Below, in pieces: positions 1 to 9,668 of a stretch of 64,000 nucleotides of DNA; within the stretch, counting starts at the first letter, position 1, and every line of letters starts with the position of its first letter. Location: positions 114,880,742-114,944,741 of the forward strand of contig NC_052162.1 in the NCBI RefSeq assembly GCF_902713615.1, written 5' to 3'. A model generated the notes under the pieces. The model did no database searches. It saw only the letters and a list, made by a program, of their open reading frames with translations, and had not been told where the DNA came from. This DNA comes from Scyliorhinus canicula (lineage: Eukaryota). A program made the position numbers and the translations under genes.

Positions 1-255
1 CATCCCAACTCGGCTCACTCCCCCACCCTATCTCCATTACCCCTTAACCCCACATAACCTGCACATCTTTGGACGCTTAAGGACAATTTAGCATGGCTGG
101 TCCACCTAACCTACACATCTTTGGCCTGTGGGAGCACCCGGAGGAAACCCATGGGGTGAAAGTACAAACTCCACACTGACAGTGACCCAAGGCCGAAATT
201 GAACCCGGGTCCCTGACACTGTGAGGCAGCAGTGCTAACCACTATGCTGCCCCGT
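1..255 (-). mobile_element. tRNA-derived V-SINE (HE1-like)
   Basis: The reverse complement gives a tRNA-like head (GGGCAGCAT..GTGGTTAGCAC, GGTTCAATT B box) and the V-core GATGTG.AGGTTAGGTGGA; same family as ~20 other copies in the window. Confidence 0.8.
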
Positions 256-1325
256 CAAAGAGAGAAACTGGTGCAAGTAATTGGGGATCCAATTAAATTA
301 ATCCAGTGGCCAAATTGACCAATTGTCATGTTACAACAGGCCCAACTCTGACGTGAGGTAATTGTCACTTTGGGGATAAAAGTAGAGGTTCTGAAGGTCT
401 TCCTTGCTGGCCAAGTACTGAAGACTCCTGAGTCCGAATTCCAAAGAAATTACTGTCAAAGAAGGAGCCAAACTCCCGAGGCTGAATTCCACAAGAATTG
501 GCCTTAATTGTATCCCGATCTCGCCAATGGGAATAGGCCGGTTAGATCGGAAACCGATCGTCGCTTAGTGTCCAATTTTGGACTCTCCTGCGACCTAACT
601 GGCGCACTTGGATTCGCGCTTCGTACATCGTGGCCATTAGATCGTGCCCTGATTTTCATTTGCTGTAAGAAATGTAAAAGCTTAATTGCTGGGTCTGTAA
701 AGAATGTGCAATGAGGATAAATGTACTGGCAAGAGAGACCTTCAAGCTCTGATTAGCCTCAACATTTGAAACTGTATGAATAAGGGATTGTATAGAATCA
801 GATAAAGGGACAGTATGAAACAATTCTATTGTATTCCTGTCTAAGATAATGAGAGAAGGTGGTGTCAGCAATTGGGGATCCAAGTAAATTAATCTAGTGC
901 CAAATTGACCAATGGTCATGTTACAACAGACCCAACTCTGATGTGAGGTAATGGTCACTTTGGGGATAAAAGTAGAGGTTCTGAAGGTCTTCCTTGCTGG
1001 CCAAGTACTGAAGATTCCCAAGGCCGAGTTCCAAGGAAATTACTGTCAAAGAAGGAGCCAGACTCCCGAGGCTGAATTCCAGAAGAATTACTGTCAAAGA
1101 AGGAGCCAGAGAGGGTTACGCTACTACAGACTGATCACCCACATGAAGCTGGAAAAGTCAATGTTGGTTATTCAGTAAACCTATTTCATTTAATAAGCTT
1201 CTTTTTAAATTTACCATTCAGAGAATTCTGCCTTTGCCTTAATTGGTTAAAGTCTTGTCTGAACCAAAGTGAATTTATTAAATGGTAAGTTGGCGGTGGC
1301 TGAAGACAACTAAGTTCCAATTAAC
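256..1325 (+). repeat. LTR-like interspersed repeat, partial tandem duplication (256-500 repeated at ~860-1090)
   Basis: The same sequence recurs at ~19038-19630 (-) and ~61058-61495 (+). It has CCAAT and GATAAAA motifs, an internal ~39-bp tandem repeat (CTCCCGAGGCTGAATTCC..GAAGGAGCCA), and ends TTAACA. Confidence 0.55.
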
Positions 1326-1354
1326 AAGCTCAGAAAACATAAATCTTCAATTTA

Positions 1355-1960
1355 AAAACTTGCATTTCTATAGCACCTTTCACACCCACAGGACGTCCCA
1401 AAGTGCTTTACAGCCAATGAAGTACCTTTGAAGTTGTAATGTTGGAAACGCAGTTACGCCAATTTACACACAGCAAGATCCCACACACAGCAATGTGATA
1501 ATGAGCAGATGATATATTTTTAATGATGTTGATTGAGGGATAAATATTGACCAAGTAAATAGTGGCTGTGGGAACTTTTACACCCACCTGAGAGGGGCAG
1601 ACAGGGCCTCAGTTTAACATCTTATTTGAAAGAAGGCTGTTCTGACAGTGCAGCACTCCCTCAGTGCTGGGACCAGGAATGTTGGATGTGATTTAAATGA
1701 AATGAAAATCGCTTATTGTCATGAGTAGGCTTCAATGAAGTTACTGTGAAAAGCCCCTAGTCGCCACATTCCGGCGCCTGTCCGGGGAGGCTGTTACGGG
1801 AATCGAACCGTGCTGCTGGTCTGCTTGAAAAAGCCAGCGATTTAGCTGAGTGAGCTAAACCAGCCCCTATTTTTGTCCTCAAGTCCCTGGACTGGGATTT
1901 GATCCCACAACCTTCTGACTCCGAGGTGAGAGAGCTGCCCACTGAGCCACGGCTGACACT
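1355..1960 (-). mobile_element. DeuSINE (SacSINE1/AmnSINE-like) interrupted by a second tRNA-SINE at ~1696-1868
   Basis: Minus strand shows a tRNA-like head (GTGTCAGCCGTGGCTCAGTGG), a Deu-domain-like core (TTAAACTGAGGCCCTGTCTGCCCCTCTCAGGTGG) and a tail ending GCTATAGAAATGCAAGT. The nested SINE also occurs at ~47800-47985. Confidence 0.65.
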
Positions 1961-2234
1961 ATAAACAATACAAAGTTAGAAAGTGAAAGTTACCCTTTAA
2001 AACCCCCACCCTTTGCTTCCAGTGCCGAAATCTAATAATAAAACCCCAGTATAAATAACATGGATTTGACTGACAAATGTTGAGGTGTCGGTTTCGAGCC
2101 ACAAGTTTCGACTTCCCATTTGAACCTTGGGCACCTTTCTGTCTCTCTGTTACTCGTGTCAAAATTGAAGTGTTTACTTTGGCAAGAGGAATCGTGAAGC
2201 AATACCATATTTAAATTGAGAGAGATTAGAAGAC

Positions 2235-2690
2235 TTTTTAAAAAGTATTTTATTAAAGCATTTGTATATACATTAAACAGAACCAAAACCTCTGCCCCAC
2301 CCTCCCTGCCGTTCCCCTGTACCCATCCTGTCTTCCCCATCCCCCCCCCCCCCCAAAAGAAGTCGATAAACGGCTTCCATCTCCGGGCAAACCCACCCAC
2401 TGACCCTCTCAAGGGGTTGATTTTTTCCAGCCTAAGGAACTCTGCCGGGTAGCTGACACACACACCCTTCTTCGGCTGCCCCGTGTCCCTCAACTCCAAC
2501 AAAATCTGTCTCCAGGCTACCAGGGAGGCCAAGGCCAAGACGTCGGCCTCTCTCGCCCCCTGGGCTCCCGGGTCTTCCGAAGTCCAAATACCGCCACCTC
2601 CGGACCTGGGACACCTTCAGCACCTCAGACATTACGTCCATGAACCTCTGCCAGAACCCCCTTCAGCTTCGGACATGCCCAAAACATGAG
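2235..2690 (-). mobile_element. 5'-truncated L1 fragment (ORF2 C-terminus + 3' UTR)
   Basis: Translation LALASLVAWRQILL..LRGSVGGFARRWKPFIDFF matches the end of ORF2 at 13270-13463. Confidence 0.85.
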
Positions 2691-2699
2691 AGATTGCAA

Positions 2700-3650
2700 T
2701 ACTCCGTGTTACAGATAAATCTGCGCTGCAGGAATCACTAAACATTAGTGTGCTGCTACAGCAATTGATTAGGAAAGCAACTGGAATATTGGTGTTTCTC
2801 ACAAAGGGAATGGAATCTACAGAGGTGCAGGGCCTCTGTGAGACCCCATTGCAATATTGTGCACTATTCCTTCACCTTGTTTGAAAAACAAAGATAGAAT
2901 AGCAGTTCAGAGAAGGTTCACTTAATGCATTCTTGGGATGAGAGGCTTCTCATGAAGAAAGGTTGAACATGTTGCGTCTGTACCCACTGGAGTTTAGAGG
3001 TGATTTTATTGAAACATGTACAATCCTGTCTGTCTGTGTGAAGTCTGCCCGTTTTCCTCATGTCTGTGTCCGTTTCCTCCAGGTGCTCCGGTTTCCTCCC
3101 ACAGTCCAAAGATGTGCAGGTTAGGTGGATTAGCCTTGTAAATTTTCCCCTTCTTGTCCACAAAAAGGTGAGGTGGGGTTACTGGATTGTGGGGATAGAT
3201 TGGGGGAGTATTCCTAAGTAGGGTACTCTTTCAGAGGGTTGGAGCAGACTTGATGGGCCAAATTGACTCCTTCTCTGCTATAGGGGATTCTATCATCCTG
3301 AGGTTATTGATAGGTTAAAAATCAGGAGGATATTTCCAATTGTGGGAGAAATCAGAACCAGGGACACAAGTTATAAATGCGATCCACCATTAAGACAGAG
3401 ATTGAGGAGAACGTTTTTCTCTCAGATGGTGTTTAGCCTGTGGAATTCTGTAACCCAGAGAGCAGTGGTGGCTGGGTCATTGAATATATTCAGGGCAGTT
3501 AGACAGATTTTTGACAGATATTGGAGGGTTATGGGGGCCAGACAGGAAAGTGGAGTTGAGATCACAACCAGATCATCCATGACCTTAAAGAATGGGGCGA
3601 AGGCTCGAAGGGCTGAATGGCCTACTCCTGCTCCTCTATTCCTATCTGCA
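2700..3650 (+). mobile_element. CR1 LINE 3' fragment with nested V-SINE (~3025-3290)
   Basis: RRTFFSQMVFSLWNS motif and CR1 3' tail (GGGCTGAATGGCCTACTCCTGCTCCT). Confidence 0.75.
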
Positions 3651-3769
3651 AATTTCACCGGATGTTCAATTCAAACCTGTTTCAATTGACTAAACCCAGA
3701 ATTTATTCCAGCCCAGTTACAGGGGGCTCCAACATCTGCAGAATTAAACTCCAAGGGTCCAAATCAATA

Positions 3770-3995
3770 TAGGCGGCAAGGTTTTGCAGTGGTTAGCACT
3801 GCTGCCTCACGGCATTGATGACCCAGGTTAGATCCAGGCCCAGGGTCACTGTCCATGTGGAGATTGCACATTCTCCCCGTGTCTGTGTGGGTCTTACCCT
3901 CACAACCCAGAGATGTGCAGGGTAAGTGGATTGGCCATGCTAAATTGGCCCTTAATTGAAAAAAAAAATGGGTACTCAAAAATTATATTTTATAA
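3770..3995 (+). mobile_element. V-SINE, short A-rich-tailed form
   Basis: tRNA head + V core + AATGGGTACTC.AAATT tail; flanking direct repeat AAATCAATAT. Confidence 0.8.
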
Positions 3996-4069
3996 AAATC
4001 AATATGGTTCGGTCCTACTCCTGTCCTACATCAGAATCATTCTCTCTCAAACTATAAATCTCTGTTCCA

Positions 4070-4382
4070 GAATCTCTACAGTGCAGAAGGAGGCCATTCA
4101 GCCTACTGAGTCTGCACTGACCCTCTGAAAGAGCATTCACCCAAGCCCACACTCCCACCACATCCCAATAACCCCTTAACCTCACCTACACATCTTTGAA
4201 TACTAAACGGCAATTTAGCCTGGCCAATTCACCTAACCTGCAATCTTTGGACTGTGGGAGGAAACCGGAGCACCCGGAGGAAACCCACGCAGACACGGGG
4301 AGAAATGGAAACTCCACACAGAATTGAACCCGGGTCCCTGGCACTGAGGCAGCAGTGCTAACCACTGCCACTGTGCTGCCTC
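4070..4382 (-). mobile_element. V-SINE, long CR1-tailed form
   Basis: Minus-strand head/core and a CR1-like tail GGCTGAATGGCCTCCTTCTGCACTGTAG. Confidence 0.8.
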
Positions 4383-4399
4383 ACACACACCCTGCTGCC

Positions 4400-5039
4400 T
4401 ATTTATTTTAACACTAATTCATCCTGGTATACTGCTTATCCCCAGTGCTCCTCCCCTGAAGGTGCTGACCCTCTGGGCTTCAGTTTCTCTCTCACCTGTT
4501 GCTCTCCCCAGTGTCACCCAGGTGTCTAAATCTTTACACCTGAAGGTAACAAACTGTTCTGCTCAGGGGGACGTCACAATCTAATCCAGTGACCATCCAG
4601 ATGGACTTTGTGACGTCACCACCGCCCCCAATCCCAGGAGTTTGGAGACTTGGCTCCTGATGAGTAATGGGGTTCACGGCTCCCACAACTCCCCGCGACA
4701 GGTACAGAACTGCGCATGTCCACTGGAGAAGGGCAGCTGCTCACATGCGGAGCAAGGCGTTTCCTATTGGCCAAATAGCCGACGTTTCATGATGTCAAAA
4801 GTGACTTCTGTTGTCCAATGTGAGGCGCCAAATAGCCAATGGAAAGACTGGAGGAAAGAGAGGCGAGGTTGCGCATGTGCGAGGAAAAGCCCACCCCCTG
4901 ACCTTCCTTCTGAGGTGTTGACCAATGGAAAGAGTTAGAACCGGAAGGACTCTTGTCCTCCATCCAATCAGCGCGCGAGCTTTGTGCGAATGAAGATTGA
5001 GTTCACACAGACTGAAACTTCCTCCTGTCTCCAACATCT
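4400..5039 (+). promoter_or_regulatory. ZNF-1 CpG-rich promoter and non-coding exon 1
   Basis: CRE TGACGTCA at 4611; NRF1-like TGCGCATG at 4711 and 4870; CCAAT 4922 - CCGGAAG 4941 - CCAAT 4964; splice donor CT|GTGAGT at 5040. Paralogous modules precede every ZNF gene in the window. Confidence 0.7.
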
Positions 5040-6055
5040 GTGAGTAAAACACTTTCTTTTCTCCCCCTTTCCATTTCTTTTCTCATTCTCACCTTCAATT
5101 GGCCACTTGCAGCAACTGAAGGGAAAGGAAGTGAATCCAGGGAGGGTGCAGACTCTGCAAAGCTTAGCCCAGGTCTCTCTCTCTTAAAGATAAAGACATC
5201 CCTCAGCTTGACACATTTATTTGTCTGGTTAAAAGGATGGTCTCTTTCCCAGTGTTCACAATTAATGGGCTGGTTTCCCCAGGAGATGGCTGGCATGTAA
5301 GGGGACAATAAATGAATATTGGTCAGAGTTATATGTCTAGTTGTTATAAGGTGCAGATTACAAATATTATTTATGGTTCTGTAATAAAGTATATTGATAT
5401 TTCCAGTTGTGTAATAGTGTACTGTAGCTACATTATATATTTGCATTCATCTCTTTCCTCAGGGGGTTGTTGGTCTCTGGAATTCTCTTCCACAGGGACT
5501 AGAGGAGTCTGGGAATCATTGAATATATTCAAGAATGAGTTGGACAGATTTCTGATTGACCAGGGAGTTAAGGGTTATGGGGAACTGGCAGAAGGAGGGA
5601 TTTCTTTACTCGGGGATGTGGTGAAGCTTTGGAATTCTCTACCCTAAAGGACTGTGGAGCTTCAGTCATCCAAATATTTTAAAGGCTGAGATTGATAGGT
5701 TTCGAAATATTGAAGATATCAGGGGATATGGGGATAGTGTGGGAAAACGGTGCTGAGGTAAATCAGCCAGCGATCTCATGAAATGGTTGAGGAGGTTCGA
5801 TGGGCCTAATGGCCGACTGCAGCTCCTATTATGATTTCCCTATCCTGGAGAGGAAGCATGGATCTGTCAATCAGCCTGAATCAGCACTTTCAGCATTAGA
5901 TGCAGCAGAGTGAGAATGGAGGGATACTGTGTGGGATGGAGGTTTACAGTTTTTGGGAATGAGAGGGGGAAAAATGTTCCATAGAAACTAGAAATGTCTG
6001 TTCTGAATTTCTGTCCTGTACTGACAGCGATGACTTTCCCAAAATGTTTTTACAG
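5040..6055 (+). other. ZNF-1 intron 1 (GT..AG), conserved ends with CR1 fragments in the middle
   Basis: GTGAGT at 5040; TTTTTACAG acceptor ending 6055 preceded by a CTGAC branch-like motif; same ends in paralogs. Confidence 0.7.
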
Positions 6056-6410
6056 ACTAGTAGAAGAGGAGGAATTATAGACTGGAATCTCAAAACATCA
6101 TGTCTAAATCTGGCACAGTCTCTTGATTCTTTGGGACACGAATATCATCGGCCTGTGAATCCTGAAGAAATGTTTCACTGCTCTGTCGGCTTCAAAACAT
6201 TTTAAACATTCGTGCGACTTGAAAATCACCGAGACACACACACCAGAGTAGGAGTGTTCCAGAGCACTGACTGTGGAAAGAGCTTTAACCAGTTACACAG
6301 CCTGAAAAAACATCACCATTCACAGCGGGGAGAGACTGTACACATGTTCTGTGTGTGGATGAGGCTTCAACTGATTGTTTAACATGGAGAGATACAAAGA
6401 AACTCAAAAC

Positions 6411-7532
6411 ATGGAGAAACCGTGGAAATGTGGGGATTGTGGGAAGGGATACAGGGCCCCATCAGAGCTGGAAGCTCATCATCGCGTTCACACTGGGGAG
6501 AGGCCGTTCAGCTGCACTCAATGTGGGAAGGGATTCAGTGATTCATCCCACCTGTTGAGGCACCAGCGAGTTCACACGGGGGAGAAGCTGTTCACCTGCT
6601 CTAAGTGTGGGAAGGGATTCAATCATTCATCCACCCTGCAGACACATCAGCGAGTTCACACTGGGGAGAAGCCATTTACTTGCTCTAAGTGTGGAAAGGG
6701 ATTCAGACATTCATCCACCCTGCAGAAACATCAGCGAATTCACACCGGGGAAAGACCATTCACCTGCTCTCAGTGTGGGAAGGGATTCAATCGTTCATCC
6801 ACCCTGCAGACACATCAGCGAGTTCACACTGGGGAGAAGCCATTTACTTGCTCTAAGTGTGGAACGGGATTCAGACATTCATCCACCCTGCAGAAACATC
6901 AGCGAATTCACACCGGGGAAAGACCATTCACCTGCTCTCAGTGTGGGAAGGGATTCACTCAATTATCCAGCCTGCGAACACACCAGCGAGTTCACACTGG
7001 GCAGAGGCCATTCATCTGCTCTCAATGTGGGAAGGGATTCACTCAGTTATCCCATCTGCAGGCACATCTGCGAGTTCACACTGGGGAGAGGCCGTTTACT
7101 TGCTCTCAGTGTGGGAAGGGATTCACTCACTCATCACACCTTCGGGTACACCGGCGAGTTCACACTGGGGAGAGACCGTTCACCTGCTCTCAGTGTGGGA
7201 AGCGGTTCAGTGATTCATCCCATCTGTTGAGACACCAGCGAATTCACACTGGGGAGAGACCATTCTCCTGTCCTCAGTGTGGGAAGGGATTCAGTGATTC
7301 ATCCACCCTCCAGACACATCAGCGAGTTCACACTGGCGAGCGGCCATTTCTATGTTCAGTGTGTGGGAAAGGATTCACTCTGTCATCCATCCTGCTGACA
7401 CACCAGAGAGTTCACACTGGGGACAGGCCATTCATCTGCTCTGAATGTGGGAAGGGATTCATGCATGAACGGAACCTGCGGAAACACCATCAAGTTCACA
7501 TCTTGGAGAGACCATTCACCTGCTCTGAGTAG
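6411..7532 (+). CDS. C2H2 zinc-finger protein ZNF-1, 13 tandem fingers, no effector domain (alternative start ATG 6384)
   Basis: ORF 6375-7532; repeated CxxC..H..H with TGE(K/R)P linkers; start aacATGG at MEKPWKC; two further dead fingers lie after the TAG. Confidence 0.9.
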   Translation: MEKPWKCGDCGKGYRAPSELEAHHRVHTGERPFSCTQCGKGFSDSSHLLRHQRVHTGEKLFTCSKCGKGFNHSSTLQTHQRVHTGEKPFTCSKCGKGFRHSSTLQKHQRIHTGERPFTCSQCGKGFNRSSTLQTHQRVHTGEKPFTCSKCGTGFRHSSTLQKHQRIHTGERPFTCSQCGKGFTQLSSLRTHQRVHTGQRPFICSQCGKGFTQLSHLQAHLRVHTGERPFTCSQCGKGFTHSSHLRVHRRVHTGERPFTCSQCGKRFSDSSHLLRHQRIHTGERPFSCPQCGKGFSDSSTLQTHQRVHTGERPFLCSVCGKGFTLSSILLTHQRVHTGDRPFICSECGKGFMHERNLRKHHQVHILERPFTCSE

Positions 7533-8052
7533 GGGGAGGGATTCACTGATCCATCCCACCTGCAAAGACACTGGCAACTTCACACTGGGTAGAGGCCATT
7601 CACCTGCTCTCCATATGGGAAGGGTTTCCCTGATTCATCGCGCCTGCTGAGACACCAACGTGTTCACAAGTTGGATTCTGCTGTTATTGTTTCTGCTCTC
7701 AATTACACCCAGGACTGCATTTTATTGATTCTGTCAATTGGTCAATGGGGAGACTTGGAGGGTTTCTTTCTGCTGGACTGGCCGGTCTCACAACTTTGCT
7801 TCCAGTGGGCTGATGCTCTTTGTCTTGTTGAGAATACCTGGTTTCAAATTTCACAAAGATCACAGAGTGAAGGGGTGTTTGGAAGTAGAAGATATTTCAT
7901 TTCGACTTCCGGTTGCGGCTATGACCAGCTAAGTCGCACGTTTGGCTGCTCCTGCTACAAAGGTGTTTTCGGGCCGATTGGAGGGCCCCAACGGCGCTGT
8001 AAGGACAAATCCCGGTGGGGGAAGGCTCCCTGAAGAGAACCAGACCAACTTT

Positions 8053-8898
8053 ATGGTCGGTACCCGGAGTGGGGTGGTAAAGAAAGCAACAGCAGCTCCC
8101 AAAAAAAAGCGGGGGAAGAAGACCAAAATGGCGGCCGGTGGCGCACCCGAGGAATGGAGGAAATGGGCGGAGGAGCAGCAGGCCGCTCTCCTGCGCTTCT
8201 TTACGGAGCTGAAAATGGAGCTCTTGGAGTCAATGAATGCGACGACCACCAGGCTGATGGGAGCCCAGGCGACCCAAGAGGCGTCGATTCGGGAGCTGCA
8301 ACAGGAGATGACTGTGAGGGAGGAGGAGGCCACGGTCCTCGTGGGAAAGGTAGAGGTGCACGAGGCACTCCACCTGAAATGGCAGAGCCGTTTTGAGGAG
8401 CTGGATACCCGAATGAGGCGGAAGAACCTGAGGATCTTGGGCCTGGCAGAAGGCCTGGAGGGGTCAGACCTCCCGGGATATGTAGCAGAAATGCTGAGCT
8501 CCCTGATGGGGGCAGGGGCCGTCCCTTCGCCCCTGGAGCTGGAAGAGGCCTACAGGGTCATGGCTAGGAGGCCAAGAGCAAATGAGCCCCCGAGGGCGGT
8601 GCTGGTGCGGTTCCAGCGACTCAGCGACCGTGAGAGAGTGCTGGAGTGGGCCAAGAGGGAAAGGAGCAGCAAGTGGGAGAATTCGACGGTGAGGGTCTAC
8701 CAGGACTGGAGTGCGGAGGTGGCAAAGCGGCGGGCCCGGTACAACCGGACGAAGGCGGTGCTGCATGCAAAACGGATCAGGTTCGGAATGCTGCAGCCAG
8801 CGCGCTTGTGGGTCACCTACAGGAACCAACACCACTATTTTGAGTCCCCAGAGGAGGCGTGGGCCTTTGTACAGGAAGAGAAACTGGACTCGAATTAG
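8053..8898 (+). CDS. L1 ORF1p (coiled coil + RRM + CTD; Transposase_22-like)
   Basis: RRKNLRILGLAEGLE, PPRAVLVRF and VYQDWSAEV motifs; first ATG at 8053 (alternative 8128); basic PKKKRGKK stretch. Confidence 0.9.
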   Translation: MVGTRSGVVKKATAAPKKKRGKKTKMAAGGAPEEWRKWAEEQQAALLRFFTELKMELLESMNATTTRLMGAQATQEASIRELQQEMTVREEEATVLVGKVEVHEALHLKWQSRFEELDTRMRRKNLRILGLAEGLEGSDLPGYVAEMLSSLMGAGAVPSPLELEEAYRVMARRPRANEPPRAVLVRFQRLSDRERVLEWAKRERSSKWENSTVRVYQDWSAEVAKRRARYNRTKAVLHAKRIRFGMLQPARLWVTYRNQHHYFESPEEAWAFVQEEKLDSN

Positions 8899-9668
8899 AC
8901 CCAGGGGATACTTGGCGGCCGTAGCCGCTCGGGTACTTTCAGCTGAATTCTTTGTTTGGATTTTGAACTCTTGCTGTGGTTTTTCTTCTGATGTTTTTTC
9001 CCCCTTTGCCAACTTCCCTTAGTTATTGTTATTGTGGTTATTCATGGTTATTTATGGTTATTTATGCTGTTTGGTAGAGGGCGACTGTTAAGTACATTGT
9101 TATTTGTTATTTATCTGTTATTTATAATGTTAAGTTGGGGAGGTGGGACGGGGGGGGAGAGCAGATCGGGGATATGGGCCCCTAGGGGGGGTTCTTTTAC
9201 AGGCATGGACGGGGACGGGGGTGGAACTGAAGATGGCGGGGTGGGGTGTGGCAGGGCAAAAGCGCGGGCTTTCCTCTGTTTTCCCGCGCGCGGGGCAGAG
9301 GAGGGGGGAGGGGAGGAGTGCGGGGCGTGGCTAGCAATGGCGACCTTTCCCGCGCTGGAGCGGGGCCAGGGAGGAGTGGCAAGGGGGGGGAGGCCCCCCC
9401 CCCCACGCCGGGGGGAGTCGGAGTGTGGCAGGAGCAGCCGGGTCAGCGTGAACCAGCTGACTTACGGGAGTACGATGGAGGGTACATCGCGGCTAGGAGG
9501 GGTCCTAGCCTGGGGGGGGGGGGAGGGGGGTTAGGGAGGGACACCGGGTTGCTGCTGAAAAGACCAGAAACGGGAAGTGGAGGACTGGAGAGGTGGGGGG
9601 AGGGGGACATCGCCATGGGGAGCGGGTCAGAAGGGGAGGGTCGACCCGGGGCGAGCAGGGAACAGGAC

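Noticed and set aside
951-1178. Small repeated ORF MVTLGIKV.. (also 19038-19238) as a gene
   Set aside because: Lies in an LTR-like repeat; the 256-500 copy lacks the ATG, and the copies differ by indels and end points.
3770-3850. tRNA genes
   Set aside because: All tRNA-like segments are SINE heads continuing into SINE bodies; no standalone cloverleaf was seen.
4990-6080. Spliced upstream ORF MKIEFTQTETSSCLQHL|LVEEEEL as a conserved N-terminal domain
   Set aside because: The frame depends on a 1-bp deletion specific to ZNF-1. Other copies have a different frame, GTG, or no start codon.
6372-6374. Conserved in-frame TGA as a selenocysteine or readthrough codon
   Set aside because: The upstream frame has extra stops, frameshifts and a large deletion in different paralogs. 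The TGA is at a helix position rather than a Cys ligand, and no convincing SECIS is visible in the 3' UTR.
6607-7230. Alternative-frame ORFs over ZNF exons ([13 protein letters not shown]; WEGIH..)
   Set aside because: Shadow frames of the 84-bp finger repeat, with inconsistent starts and stops between paralogs.
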